Positions 40,999 through 51,296 of a stretch of DNA of 64,000 nucleotides are shown here, in pieces. The notes below the pieces were generated by a model. It did not search any database. It was not told where the DNA came from and saw only the letters and a list, made by a program, of their open reading frames with translations. Source of the DNA: Nitrospinaceae bacterium (GTDB lineage Bacteria > Nitrospinota > Nitrospinia > Nitrospinales > Nitrospinaceae); the NCBI GenBank assembly GCA_965237905.1, contig OZ250172.1:2752001-2816000 (forward strand), written 5' to 3'. Both the position numbers and the translations under genes were made by a program. Each line of letters begins with the position of its first letter. Within the stretch, counting starts at the first letter, position 1.

Positions 40999-41784
40999 TC
41001 ACTTCTTGGGCAGCCAGCCGGACATGGCACAGCGTTGGGCGAGCAGGGGCGTGAAACTTTCGATATCATTGGAAATATCGGTCATGAACTCTTCCGCCAG
41101 GGTTTGATCTTTAAAACATTCGTATACGTCGTCTAAAAATCCGCCGCGCAATAGCGGATGCTCAAGAAAAGCCCGGCCCGGTCCGGTGGCGATCTCCAAC
41201 GGGTAGTCGGTTACCTCGATTTTTTCCATGCCCAATTCCTGCAACCACTGCCGGGCATCGTCCGCCGACGGCCGTTCTTCGATGTATTCGATGAGGGCTT
41301 TGCGTTCACTTTCGTAACCGCGTTCGGTCATGGCGCGGTTCACCTGATTCCACAGCGAGTCAAACGTTCCGAGGGAGGGAAACGTGAGAACGATCTGGCC
41401 GCCCGATTTCAGGAAGCGGACCAGGTTTTGGAGCGCCTCGAATCGATGGGGACGAAAAAACATGAACGACAGGTTGCCGGTAATACGGTCGAAGCGGGGC
41501 AGGTCGGGGGGCAGTTGCCGCATGTCACCCACTTCAAATTTCAGCCAGGGCATATGCCGCCCCTGGCTGGATCGCGAGCGCAGGATTTGATGTTGATGAA
41601 TATCAACCGCCAGCACCTGGCCGCCGGGTCCTACCTGCTCGGCAATATGAAACGCCGGGATTCCCGATCCTGCGGCAACATCCAGCACGGTGGCTCCCGG
41701 AAAAAGTTCGAGATGACTCAACAGCGCCTCGGCAAAGGGGGTCGACCAGTAATCATTTTCAGGTAACGGCCATTGGGGCTTCAC
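40999..41784 (-). CDS. Class I SAM-dependent methyltransferase
   Basis: VLDVAAGSG, VLAVD, GDM and LKSGG motifs. Confidence 0.88.
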   Translation of the reverse strand: MKPQWPLPENDYWSTPFAEALLSHLELFPGATVLDVAAGSGIPAFHIAEQVGPGGQVLAVDIHQHQILRSRSSQGRHMPWLKFEVGDMRQLPPDLPRFDRITGNLSFMFFRPHRFEALQNLVRFLKSGGQIVLTFPSLGTFDSLWNQVNRAMTERGYESERKALIEYIEERPSADDARQWLQELGMEKIEVTDYPLEIATGPGRAFLEHPLLRGGFLDDVYECFKDQTLAEEFMTDISNDIESFTPLLAQRCAMSGWLPKK

Positions 41785-41835
41785 GCAACCTCTTTCAGTT
41801 CAGGATGGGATGGTTTACGGAAATGAATTGTAGCA

Positions 41836-42789
41836 CTATTTGAATTTTTGGATGAACTGAAACGGCCATTTGAGGATGGGGGCCATCATTTTAAGGAGTT
41901 TGTACTGCCATGTCGGCCTGGGATATTTGTATTTTTTTAAAAGATAACGGCGGCTCATTACTTCAAAACAATAAGCACGCCAGCTGAGCGGCAGGGAGGC
42001 GTCGAAAATAAATTTTCCTGCAAAACCTGCAAGCGCGAGAAAATTACTGGCCGGTAAGGGAGCGGCTGATGGGATGGGCGGAAGTGTGGGCAATGGTTTT
42101 TCTTGAATATGCGCGAGCAGACGCTGGCTGGAATCCCGCCGGTAAAAACGCAAGCCGATGAACACCTCGTCGCCTACATTCAAAGGCCCGCGTTGCTCAT
42201 ACGTCGCGTCGACCTCGGATTTTCCATACTGATAATGCAGGTGCTCGATCACCACATCGTCCAGATAAACAATCCGGTCTTCGCCCTGCACCTGCAGTCG
42301 CTTGAAGATATCCATCAAGTGATAATCAATGAACCCGCCGGCGTACACCTCCGGGAACGGGTGGGTCAGCACTTCACAGGTTTTTCGGGACAGGATGGGA
42401 GTACTGCACAACATTTCCTCGGTGTGCAAATCGTTCGGGTAGGTCAGATAAATCCGGTCAGGGAACCGTTCATGCACCTCAATAATCTTACGGTCCCAAT
42501 CCGGTGTGCGGACGACCATATCGTCATTGAGTGGCACGATGATGTCTCCGGTGGACTGTTGATAGCATGCGGTGTTGAGTCCGCCCATGGGCAGGCGTGG
42601 GCCGATGATTCGGGTGATCGGTATTGCGTTGCACTGGATCGCATGGCTGGCTGAGTCATCGTCATCCACATACAGAACGACCTCAAGGCGGCTGGGGTCC
42701 GAGGCCGTTTCCACAACGCTGTGCAGTAACCGTTCCGCCTGTTCGGGGCGGCCGCGTGTGGGGAGTAGAATGGAAATGGAAGGAGACAT
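41836..42789 (-). CDS. Glycosyltransferase family 2
   Basis: ISILLPTRGR, VDDDD, LNDD and IEHLH motifs. Confidence 0.85.
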   Translation of the reverse strand: MSPSISILLPTRGRPEQAERLLHSVVETASDPSRLEVVLYVDDDDSASHAIQCNAIPITRIIGPRLPMGGLNTACYQQSTGDIIVPLNDDMVVRTPDWDRKIIEVHERFPDRIYLTYPNDLHTEEMLCSTPILSRKTCEVLTHPFPEVYAGGFIDYHLMDIFKRLQVQGEDRIVYLDDVVIEHLHYQYGKSEVDATYEQRGPLNVGDEVFIGLRFYRRDSSQRLLAHIQEKPLPTLPPIPSAAPLPASNFLALAGFAGKFIFDASLPLSWRAYCFEVMSRRYLLKKYKYPRPTWQYKLLKMMAPILKWPFQFIQKFK

Positions 42790-42799
42790 GAGATATGAT

Positions 42800-43738
42800 T
42801 TATTTTTGTTGCCGGGCGAGTTTCTTTTTATGCCAATCGTAGGTAATTTTCAGCCCGTCTTCCAGGGGTGTTTTGGCGCGCCATCCCAGGGCGTGAATCT
42901 TTTTGGAGTCCAACAGTCTTCTGGGATTGCCATCGGGTTGGGTGGTATCAAATTGTAATTGTCCACGGAACCCGATGGTCAACTGGATCATCTTCGCTAA
43001 TTGCGCGATCGAGGTTTCCTGTCCGATTCCCATATTGACCGGCTCCGGACGGTGATACTTTTTCATCAAAAACAGACAGCCCTCGGCGGCGTCATCCACG
43101 TATAAGAATTCACGCTTGGGTGTGCCTGTTCCCCAGAAGGTTATCGATTTCTTATTCTGCTGGTGAGCTTGATGCAATTTTTCCAGCAGAGCGGATAGGA
43201 CGTGGCCATTTTCATCGAAATGGTCGCCGATGCCATACACATTGGCGGGGATCACCGAAATGAAATTGGCGCCATACTGCCGGTGGTACGCCTGGCACAT
43301 TTTAATGCCGGCCAGTTTCGCCATCGCATAGGCCTCGTTGGTTTCCTCGATATCTCCGGAAAATAAATATTCCTCTTTCATCGGTTGCTTGCTTTTTTTG
43401 GGATAGATACAGGAGCTGGATAAATTAAGTAGCTTTTTGGCTTTATATTTAAAGGCGTAATCGATGACGTTGGTTTGAATCATCAGGTTCTGATAAATAA
43501 ATTCCGCCGGGTAGGTTTTGTTGGCATGAATGCCGCCCCCTCGTGCGGCGGCAAGGAATATATATTCAGGACGCTGTTGACGGAAAAAGCGGTCCGCCGC
43601 TTTCTGGTCGGTCAGGTCGAGGGATTTGCGGGTGCGGGTAATAATATTTGAGTAGGATTTTTCTTTAAGCAGGCGGACCAGAGCCGAGCCGATCAATCCG
43701 GTGTGACCTGCCACATAGATTCTGGAGTTTTTATTCAT
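42800..43738 (-). CDS. GDP-L-fucose synthase family epimerase/reductase (Fcl/ColC-like)
   Basis: AGHTGLIGS, GGIHAN, SSCIYP, YAMAK, H and WGTG..REFL motifs. Confidence 0.9.
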   Translation of the reverse strand: MNKNSRIYVAGHTGLIGSALVRLLKEKSYSNIITRTRKSLDLTDQKAADRFFRQQRPEYIFLAAARGGGIHANKTYPAEFIYQNLMIQTNVIDYAFKYKAKKLLNLSSSCIYPKKSKQPMKEEYLFSGDIEETNEAYAMAKLAGIKMCQAYHRQYGANFISVIPANVYGIGDHFDENGHVLSALLEKLHQAHQQNKKSITFWGTGTPKREFLYVDDAAEGCLFLMKKYHRPEPVNMGIGQETSIAQLAKMIQLTIGFRGQLQFDTTQPDGNPRRLLDSKKIHALGWRAKTPLEDGLKITYDWHKKKLARQQK

Positions 43739-43762
43739 AGGGTGAAGCCGGGAGCTTGCGCG

Positions 43763-44947
43763 TTACTCAATACGGTTCAGAATATCACAGAGCCGTTTGA
43801 TCTTGGTTTCTTCGAGGCCGGGGTAGTTGCCGATATAAAACCCGTAAAAATGAATATGTTCCACCACCGGGTATTTTCGATATTCATCGTCAGCGACAAT
43901 CCCCTTTAAATAAGGCTGACGCAATTGGTTGCCGCCGCCGGCACTGCCCCGGCGGAACTCGACTTGATGGTCCCGCAGGGTCTGCATCACCCGTCTACAA
44001 AAATCCGGATCGGCCTTTTGGAGCACCAGATTGAGCGCATAATTGCAACTGCCTTCCAATAGAAAATCCGTTTTGTACTTTTTGGAGTCCAGGTGATCTA
44101 GAAAGGTTTTGAAATTGTGTTGGCGCTTGGCGTTGTTCGCATCGAGGCGCTTCAGTTGGTTTCGTCCCAAAACCGCGCCGATTTCATTGTTACGCATATT
44201 GTAGCCAGGGAGCGCAAATATAAAATCGGGATTTAATTCCGGGTTTGCCTCAATATATTTTTGCCTGCCGGCATCGTTTTTCATTTCCCGCACCATGCCA
44301 TGAGACCGGAGCATGCGGCACATTTGATAAATCTCCTCATCGTGGGTGCAGACCATGCCGCCTTCAATGGTGCTCATGTGATGCGCGAAATAAAACGAAA
44401 AGTTGGACATCAAACCGAACGTCCCGAGTTTTTGATTCTTAAAGGTAGCACCGTGGGATTCGCAAACGTCTTCAATGAGGGGAACCTTCTTTTCTTTGAG
44501 GCCATTAAGGAGTTTTTCGGAAAGGCCGTTGAATCCCTGGGCATGGGTGAGGAACACCGCGCGGGTTTCCGGGCCTACCTTGGACAGAACCTGATCCTCG
44601 TTCATCGATAGAGTGTCGGGCTTGATGTCGACGAACACCGGTTTGAAGCCACACTGAAGTACAGAGGCAATGTCCGAGACCCAGGTCAGTGTGGGCAGGA
44701 TGATCTCTCCGCCGCCAGTCCCGTGTTTGAGAACGGACATGGAGATCAGGTTGGCTGATGATCCGGAATTGACGAATACACTGTACTTGACTCCCAACCA
44801 GTCGGACCACTCTTTTTCGAATGCCTCGACACTTTTGGATTGAGTGAGGATGGGTTTTCCTTTGAGAAAGTCGATAACTTTATCGAGATCGTCCCGCGTA
44901 ATATTATTTTCCATCAACGGCCAATTCAAACTCATCGCGACACTCAT
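43763..44947 (-). CDS. PLP-dependent GDP-4-keto-6-deoxy-sugar C3-dehydratase (ColD-like, DegT family)
   Basis: VNSGSSAN and EDVCES; SFYFAHHMSTIEGG has His where aminotransferases carry the Schiff-base Lys. Confidence 0.8.
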   Translation of the reverse strand: MSVAMSLNWPLMENNITRDDLDKVIDFLKGKPILTQSKSVEAFEKEWSDWLGVKYSVFVNSGSSANLISMSVLKHGTGGGEIILPTLTWVSDIASVLQCGFKPVFVDIKPDTLSMNEDQVLSKVGPETRAVFLTHAQGFNGLSEKLLNGLKEKKVPLIEDVCESHGATFKNQKLGTFGLMSNFSFYFAHHMSTIEGGMVCTHDEEIYQMCRMLRSHGMVREMKNDAGRQKYIEANPELNPDFIFALPGYNMRNNEIGAVLGRNQLKRLDANNAKRQHNFKTFLDHLDSKKYKTDFLLEGSCNYALNLVLQKADPDFCRRVMQTLRDHQVEFRRGSAGGGNQLRQPYLKGIVADDEYRKYPVVEHIHFYGFYIGNYPGLEETKIKRLCDILNRIE

Positions 44948-45666
44948 TTAAAATCGATTAAAATTTTTCGGGCCAGCTCGAGACGATCCGGGGTGCCGAT
45001 GTCCAGCAGTTGACTGTGTGAGGTAAAACCAAATAATCCTTTGCCCGTCAGTGAAGGAAATATTTCATGCTCCAACGAAACCTTTTTCCTGGGCGGGATA
45101 TAATTAAAGACTTCCTTGTTGAATATATAGATTCCCGCATTAACCCAGTCCGAAGGGGAAGCATCCGTTTTTTCATCAAAGCTTATGATTTCGTCATTTT
45201 CTCCCAGAACGACTCCGCCGTAATCGTTGGCATCCTCTATGGGTGCGAGAGCCACGCTGGCCAGAGCATTCTTAAATTGGTGGAAATTCAAAAAGGAATT
45301 TAAATCAATAGGGCAAAAGGAATCGCCATTCATCGCTAAAAAGATATCGCCATGGATTCTCGATTCGGCGTTTTTAAGGGCACCAGCAGTTCCCAAAGGG
45401 GAGGTCTCTTGAGAAATGACATAAGTTTTTCCGCCCTCTTTTTTCTCAAAATATTCTTTAATGAGGTCGCCTTTGTAGCCGGAACATAGTATGAAACGCT
45501 TGAATCCGAAATTCCCGACGTAGTCGATCAGTAAATCCAGAAACGGGCGATTCTGGAAGTCAGCCATTGGCTTGGGTTTGTCATTCAGGACATCCTGCAA
45601 TCGCGTTCCCATTCCACCACACAGAATAACCGCGTCGATGGCGCCTGAGCTTAAAGCTTCACTCAT
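44944..45666 (-). CDS. Heptose-1-phosphate guanylyltransferase (HddC-like)
   Basis: ILCGGMGTRL...KPKPM, LGTAGAL, NGDS and DIGTP; adjacent to an HddA-like kinase. Confidence 0.8.
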   Translation of the reverse strand: MSEALSSGAIDAVILCGGMGTRLQDVLNDKPKPMADFQNRPFLDLLIDYVGNFGFKRFILCSGYKGDLIKEYFEKKEGGKTYVISQETSPLGTAGALKNAESRIHGDIFLAMNGDSFCPIDLNSFLNFHQFKNALASVALAPIEDANDYGGVVLGENDEIISFDEKTDASPSDWVNAGIYIFNKEVFNYIPPRKKVSLEHEIFPSLTGKGLFGFTSHSQLLDIGTPDRLELARKILIDFK

Positions 45667-45668
45667 TT

Positions 45669-46673
45669 TCAGGAGTGCCTGGGGTTGCTGTCGGGCTGGA
45701 ACACGACGATCTGACTGCCCTCCACTTCAAAATTGAAGGGGATGCATAGCAGGTCTTTGAGCCGACTTTTGATTTTGAGATGGTCTTCCGGGCGGGCGAA
45801 AATAAGCACGAATCCACCCCCGCCGGCTCCCAGGAGTTTCCCACCCAGAGCGCCTTCGGACAAAGCGGCCTGATAGATCTCGTCGACCAGAGAGGTGGAA
45901 ATCCCATCACTCAATTCCCGTTTTATTTTCCACGACTCGTGAAGGAGTTTTCCGAAATCGGTGATGCACTGTCCATTCGTTATGATTTTCAACCCTTCAT
46001 CCACCATTTGGCGCATGACGGCCAACTCTTTTTTCTTGTTAGGAATATTTTCGATCTTTTTTTGCGCGACCTGGGACGCAAAACGGGATATCCCGGTATA
46101 AAAGAGTAATAAATGATCTTCGAGTTCCTTCTTCCGGGTGGGGCTCACAATGACCGGAGCTTCCGAAATCGAATGGTCCGCATTGAAGTCAATTTTTTTA
46201 AATCCACCGAGAGCGGTTAAAACCTGGTCCTGGGAGCCGACGCTTTCCTTGAGGACATCCCGTTCCAGATGAATCGCTTCTTCAGCCAAACGCTTTTTGG
46301 GAACCATCGTGCCTTTCAATGCATAAAGAGCGTTCAACATTCCTACCGTAAAAGCGGAACTGGAACCCAAGCCGGTGCGGGCGGGGAGGTCGCCATCATG
46401 GTGGATTTCCAAACCTGCATCAATGCCTGTCAACTCCAAGGCCGCGCGGACCACAGGGTGTTGGATGTCCGCTGTTTTGTTGACGGTTTCCACTTGGGAA
46501 TATACGATGCGGTGCTTGTGCTCAAAAAACGGGGGCAGGTAACGGCAACTGATATAGCAATACTTATTGATGGTGGTCGCCAAAACAGAGCCGCCGTTTT
46601 CCTCAAACCACACCGGGTAGTCGGTTGCGCCGCCAAAAAATGAAACCCTGAATGGCGTTCTGCTGATAATCAT
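45669..46673 (-). CDS. D-glycero-D-manno-heptose-7-phosphate kinase (HddA-like, GHMP family)
   Basis: RTPFRVSFFGG.TD, PARTGLGSS, GSQDQ and KLLGAGGGG motifs. Confidence 0.85.
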   Translation of the reverse strand: MIISRTPFRVSFFGGATDYPVWFEENGGSVLATTINKYCYISCRYLPPFFEHKHRIVYSQVETVNKTADIQHPVVRAALELTGIDAGLEIHHDGDLPARTGLGSSSAFTVGMLNALYALKGTMVPKKRLAEEAIHLERDVLKESVGSQDQVLTALGGFKKIDFNADHSISEAPVIVSPTRKKELEDHLLLFYTGISRFASQVAQKKIENIPNKKKELAVMRQMVDEGLKIITNGQCITDFGKLLHESWKIKRELSDGISTSLVDEIYQAALSEGALGGKLLGAGGGGFVLIFARPEDHLKIKSRLKDLLCIPFNFEVEGSQIVVFQPDSNPRHS

Positions 46674-46707
46674 ATTTCTTCCACCTTTTTAAAGCCCGTT
46701 CAATTTG

Positions 46708-47640
46708 CTAAACGTTTGTATATTGATTTTTGTTTATGATCTGGTATCCCTTGATCAATTCCGCGATGCCCTGGCTGAGCGAGTGCTGGGTTTTAAAACC
46801 AGTGCCCTCGATCTTTTTATTGCTGATGATATAATTTCTTTTGTCCTGATCTTCTCCGATCTCCGCTTCGGTCACATAAAAATCCGGAACCTGTTTTTTA
46901 ATTTCCTGGCATAATTCCAATTTGCTCAGGCTCGTTTCGTTCAGGCCTACATTGTACGGTTCGCCCTTCATGGTCTCAAAGTTGGCGAGACCATGACTGA
47001 ATACTCTGACAGCATCCCGGACGTGCAGAAAATTTCTCTTGAAATGCGCTTCAAATAGAACAAGAAAACGGTCTTTGACGGCACGGTAGGTGAAATCGTT
47101 CACCAAAAGGTCCAGGCGCATCCGGGGGCTCATGCCGAACACTGTAGCGAAACGAAAAGTCAGGCAATTTTCCGAATCGAGAAGAGTCTTTTCAATCTCC
47201 ACCTTGAGTTTGCCGTACAGAGAAACAGGCCGGAGCGGCGTTTCCTCGGTACAATGAATCCCTTTCTCTCCCACGCCGTAGCCACTGTTGCTGGTGGGAA
47301 AGAGGATGCATTGATTTTTACTGCGGTGCTCCAGAATCAGTTTGATCGCTTCCAGATTGATCGACCGGGCGGCGATGGGATCCTTGGTGCATAAGGGCGC
47401 GCCGGTGAGACAGGCCAGCGGTAAAATCGCATCCGCTTTTTTTAACTGCTTCTTGATCAAGTCCGAGTCGCGGGCGTCTCCGTTGATGATGGTCAAATTT
47501 TGATCGTGGCAACAATCCAGCAGGGAGGTCTGCTTGTACATGAAGTTATCCACCACAGTGACTTCATGGTTTTCGCGGAGCAGTTGAGGCGTCAAAAGGG
47601 AACCGATGTATCCGGCTCCGCCGGTAACAAGAATTTTCAT
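46708..47640 (-). CDS. NAD-dependent epimerase/dehydratase
   Basis: TGGAGYIG, YGKLK and SPRMRLDLLVN motifs. Confidence 0.88.
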   Translation of the reverse strand: MKILVTGGAGYIGSLLTPQLLRENHEVTVVDNFMYKQTSLLDCCHDQNLTIINGDARDSDLIKKQLKKADAILPLACLTGAPLCTKDPIAARSINLEAIKLILEHRSKNQCILFPTSNSGYGVGEKGIHCTEETPLRPVSLYGKLKVEIEKTLLDSENCLTFRFATVFGMSPRMRLDLLVNDFTYRAVKDRFLVLFEAHFKRNFLHVRDAVRVFSHGLANFETMKGEPYNVGLNETSLSKLELCQEIKKQVPDFYVTEAEIGEDQDKRNYIISNKKIEGTGFKTQHSLSQGIAELIKGYQIINKNQYTNV

Positions 47641-47675
47641 TGATCTCGCCTTAATTTAAATATGAACCGATGGAT

Positions 47676-48716
47676 TTATGTGCCGGATACCATTTCCCGG
47701 ATTACCTGGGCGATACGGTTTTTGTCGGGAAAGTAAAATTGTTCCAAAGTGTACCCGGCTGGGATAGGGGAATCCGGCAGGCCGATGCGGCGCACTGGAC
47801 CTTTTAGATCCTGAAATCCTTTCTCGGCCACCAGGCATCCGATTTCTGCGCAGACGCCTCCCATGGCCGGACCCGTATCCACGACCAGGACTTTACCGGT
47901 TTTTTTTAGGGATTCAAATATGATTTCTTCGTCCAGAGGTTTCAACGTCCGCAAATCGATCACATCCGCGGTGATTCCCTCTTTTTTCAATTCATCCAGC
48001 GCCTCGATGGTCAAATTTAAAGTATGCGAGGTTCCGACAACGGTCAAATCTTCTCCCCGGCGGCGGTAAATACCTTTACCCAGAGGGACGTGATAAATGC
48101 CTTCCGGGATCACGCCCTGCGATTTCATGACCCAGCGGTGCTCAAAAATTAGCACGGGGTTGTTGTCGGCGATCGCCGACAGCATCAACCCCTTGGCATC
48201 GTAGGGAGTGCTGGGCATGATGATTTTCAGTCCGGGAATTTGCAGGAGCAGTCCCTGGATCGCCTGCGAGTGCTGGGAACCGGAACCCCAGCCTCTGCCG
48301 ATGGCGGACCAGATGACCCACGGCACATTGGATTGCCCGTTGTCGATATAATGAAACTTGGCGGCGTGGGTCACCAGTTGATTGAACGCCAGCAGAAGAA
48401 AATCCGGCCGGTTGTGCAGGTAGACCGGGCGCGTTCCGTTGAGAGCCGCGCCGGTGCAGATTCCTGTCATTCCTTCTTCGGACAGGGGGGTATCGAAAAC
48501 GCGGTTCTTGCCGAATTTTTTGTGCAGGTCGGTGGTCACTCCAAACATGCCGCGGGGGTCATTAACTCCTTGGCCCAGAACAAAAACTGTTGGGTCCAGC
48601 TCCAGCGCCAGGGTCAGCGCTTCATGAAGGGCGTCAACATAGGTCAGAACGCGGCCGTCTTCCGCTACTTCCCGTCCGTTGGCTTTGGAAGTGATTAACG
48701 CTTCAGCCCAGGGCAT
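47676..48716 (-). CDS. TPP-dependent E1 beta-like subunit
   Basis: RVFDTPLSE, QHSQ, DAKGL and VIDLRTLKPLD motifs. Confidence 0.9.
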   Translation of the reverse strand: MPWAEALITSKANGREVAEDGRVLTYVDALHEALTLALELDPTVFVLGQGVNDPRGMFGVTTDLHKKFGKNRVFDTPLSEEGMTGICTGAALNGTRPVYLHNRPDFLLLAFNQLVTHAAKFHYIDNGQSNVPWVIWSAIGRGWGSGSQHSQAIQGLLLQIPGLKIIMPSTPYDAKGLMLSAIADNNPVLIFEHRWVMKSQGVIPEGIYHVPLGKGIYRRRGEDLTVVGTSHTLNLTIEALDELKKEGITADVIDLRTLKPLDEEIIFESLKKTGKVLVVDTGPAMGGVCAEIGCLVAEKGFQDLKGPVRRIGLPDSPIPAGYTLEQFYFPDKNRIAQVIREMVSGT

Positions 48717-48740
48717 ACTATGTTTCTCCGTTTGATAACA

Positions 48741-49766
48741 TCAGTCGCTGTACACATGAGTGGTTAAATCCTCTTTTTCTGGATTGGGACTGTTGATGGC
48801 GTGTTCGAACGCCTCCAGAATTTCTTCCTGAATTTTGGCCTTCATGGAATCTTTCCGCGCTTCATCGAATAGCTTCTGTTTTACGAGTTCCTTATACAGA
48901 CCTTCAATTGGACACAATTCTTGCCAGGCTTTGACTTCCTCCGGATCGCGGTAGCTCGCAGCGTTGTCGTCACCTGCGCCGCCGTGCCCCCGCCAGCGGT
49001 AGGCCACCGATTCAATGAAGGTCGGGCCGCCGCCGGACCGGGCTCTTTTCACAGCCTCGCGGGTGGTTTCATAGACATGGAGGACTTGGGTGCCGTCGAC
49101 CCGGCAACTATTCAATCCAAACGCTTCCGCTTTTTTGTAAATATCCCCCTTGGGCTGACGGACTTTCAGGGAGGAACAGACCGAATAGAAATTGTTTTCG
49201 CAGATGTAAATGACAGGGAGTGATTTGAGGGCGGCGAAGTTCATGGCTTCCCACACGGCTCCTTCTTCGACGGCCGCGTCTCCGAAAAATACCACATTCA
49301 CTTGATCCTTGTTCAAGTACCGAGCGCTGAACGCGGCGCCAGTTGCAATTGGCACAGATCCCCCGACAATGGCGGAGGATCCGGCATAACCCACGCTTTT
49401 ATCCAACAGATGCATGGACCCGCCACGCGATCCGGCGCACCCGTTGGCGCGGCAGTAAAGTTCGGACATCATGGCCTTGAGCAATCCGCCTTTGGCCAGA
49501 TAGTTGCCTTGCGTGCGGTGACTGCTGTACACCTGATCCGTCTTACGCAATGCGGCGCACACGCCGACGGAGGTGGCTTCCTGTCCGATCACCAGGTGGA
49601 CGGGAGTTTTCATTTCGTCTTCGTGGTAGCGGCTTTCGATCGCCTCCTGGATCAACCGGATGCGAAGCATGCCCCGATACAGGCCGATGAGGAAGTCAGT
49701 TTCGTATTTTCCCCTGGGATTGGGGACGGGTGAAAACTCGATGTCCTTGTAGGGGTGGCGAATCAT
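48741..49766 (-). CDS. TPP-dependent E1 alpha-like subunit
   Basis: HL..GQEA, GRGGSMH-like segment, FGD...ENN TPP motif and YRWRGH. Confidence 0.9.
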   Translation of the reverse strand: MIRHPYKDIEFSPVPNPRGKYETDFLIGLYRGMLRIRLIQEAIESRYHEDEMKTPVHLVIGQEATSVGVCAALRKTDQVYSSHRTQGNYLAKGGLLKAMMSELYCRANGCAGSRGGSMHLLDKSVGYAGSSAIVGGSVPIATGAAFSARYLNKDQVNVVFFGDAAVEEGAVWEAMNFAALKSLPVIYICENNFYSVCSSLKVRQPKGDIYKKAEAFGLNSCRVDGTQVLHVYETTREAVKRARSGGGPTFIESVAYRWRGHGGAGDDNAASYRDPEEVKAWQELCPIEGLYKELVKQKLFDEARKDSMKAKIQEEILEAFEHAINSPNPEKEDLTTHVYSD

Positions 49767-49790
49767 TCAATCCTCATGTTGAAATTTATT

Positions 49791-51296
49791 TCAAGTTGCG
49801 CTGAGGGCGTCCCGGTGTTTGCGTTTGATTTTGATTTTGACCATATCGTTGATGTGGTCCACCGAATGCTGGCCGAACTGCTCCCGAATCATGGACTGGT
49901 AGGACGCATGCGTGAAATATTGATCGAACGCCTCATCCCGGAAATCCAAAACCTCCTCGTTGGTGAGGGTATCCGTCGGTAGGGGTAACGATTCATAGGC
50001 ATGTTGCGAATACCCGATCCAGCCGGGTCCGTCCGGGTCGTCCGGCAGAGGATGTCCTTTCTCCTTGGCCAGGGTGTACAACGGCGAACCAGGGTAAGCC
50101 ATTGCGCAGTAGAAATTGGCCCACTCCGCGTTGATCTCCTGCGCCAGATCCAGGGTGTCCTGCATGCTGGCTTGGGTGTCGTCGGGCAGGCCGAAGATAT
50201 AATTGGCGATCATGTAGATGCCATGCGCTTTGATTGTGTCGGTCGTTTTGATAATGTCGGTATCGCCGAACCGGCCCTTTTCGACGCCGTCGCGGACGTA
50301 CTGGCTTCCCGATTCGATTCCCAACGCCAGCCAGTTGAAGCCCGCACGTTTTAATTTTTCAAGATACCGGTCCTTGACAGTATCGATCCGTGCATAGGCC
50401 CATATATTGAGATCATATCCGCGCTCGATGATCAAATCGCAAATACCCGTCACATGTTGCTCGCTCAGCACAAACATTTCGTCGGGGATCTTAATATTTT
50501 TGACGCCGTAGGTATGAACCCGATGATCGATTTGGTCGACCACCAACTGCGGCGACCAATAGCGGATACCGGGTTGACCGAACGGCGCGTTGATACAACA
50601 GAAGGAGCATTTGTACGGGCAGCCCAGGCTGGTTTGCAAAGAGGCGTAGGGCTGACGGTCGTTGATGTGATCGAAGCAGTGCCAGTTGTGGGCGCGGTAT
50701 TTACTCATATCGATCAATTCCCAGGCTTGGCTGGGAATTTCGCGGTTCAGATCCGGAAGGTTTGGCGCCGGGGGATTATGGGCGATGGTGCCGTTGTCTC
50801 GGTACCAGAGTCCGGGAACTTTATGCAATCGGGGTTGGTCGGATTGCAACTCTTCGAGTAAATGAATGATTGTGTATGGGCCTTCCCCTTCACATACATA
50901 AGTGTACGGCTCCTCCTGCAAGGTGCGCTGGGGGAGGGCCGAGGCATGGGTTCCCATCACCAGAGTCTGCAATTGCGGGGCACCGGCGAATACTCGTTCG
51001 CAAACCTCTTTGCCGGCGGGCATGCATTGGGTGGAGGCGGAGGGTTGATGTCCGTAGACCACAAATATAGTCAAGGTGGCCTGGGCTTCGATAATCCTGC
51101 GGGCGGTTTCATCGAAGCCGATGCCCTCGGCCTCGGCATCCAGAATCTGGACCGAATGTCCTTTTCCTTTTATAAAAGTCGCGAGGAGCAGGGACCAGAC
51201 CGGTGGTTCGGTGGCGGACAGTGATTTTCCCAACTCCTGAAAAACTTTATCTTTGCTGGGAGGGGTAACGAGAAGAATATCCAAAATTTGACTCAT
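49791..51296 (-). CDS. Cobalamin-binding radical SAM protein
   Basis: N-terminal B12-binding domain (G.H.S..P, GEG), GCPYKCSFC, GIES, IFGLP and PGSPLY. Confidence 0.9.
   Translation of the reverse strand: MSQILDILLVTPPSKDKVFQELGKSLSATEPPVWSLLLATFIKGKGHSVQILDAEAEGIGFDETARRIIEAQATLTIFVVYGHQPSASTQCMPAGKEVCERVFAGAPQLQTLVMGTHASALPQRTLQEEPYTYVCEGEGPYTIIHLLEELQSDQPRLHKVPGLWYRDNGTIAHNPPAPNLPDLNREIPSQAWELIDMSKYRAHNWHCFDHINDRQPYASLQTSLGCPYKCSFCCINAPFGQPGIRYWSPQLVVDQIDHRVHTYGVKNIKIPDEMFVLSEQHVTGICDLIIERGYDLNIWAYARIDTVKDRYLEKLKRAGFNWLALGIESGSQYVRDGVEKGRFGDTDIIKTTDTIKAHGIYMIANYIFGLPDDTQASMQDTLDLAQEINAEWANFYCAMAYPGSPLYTLAKEKGHPLPDDPDGPGWIGYSQHAYESLPLPTDTLTNEEVLDFRDEAFDQYFTHASYQSMIREQFGQHSVDHINDMVKIKIKRKHRDALSAT

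Noticed and set aside
47676..49766. Housekeeping pyruvate dehydrogenase pdhAB
   Set aside because: No E2/E3 adjacent and embedded in an NDP-sugar operon; gene symbols withheld.
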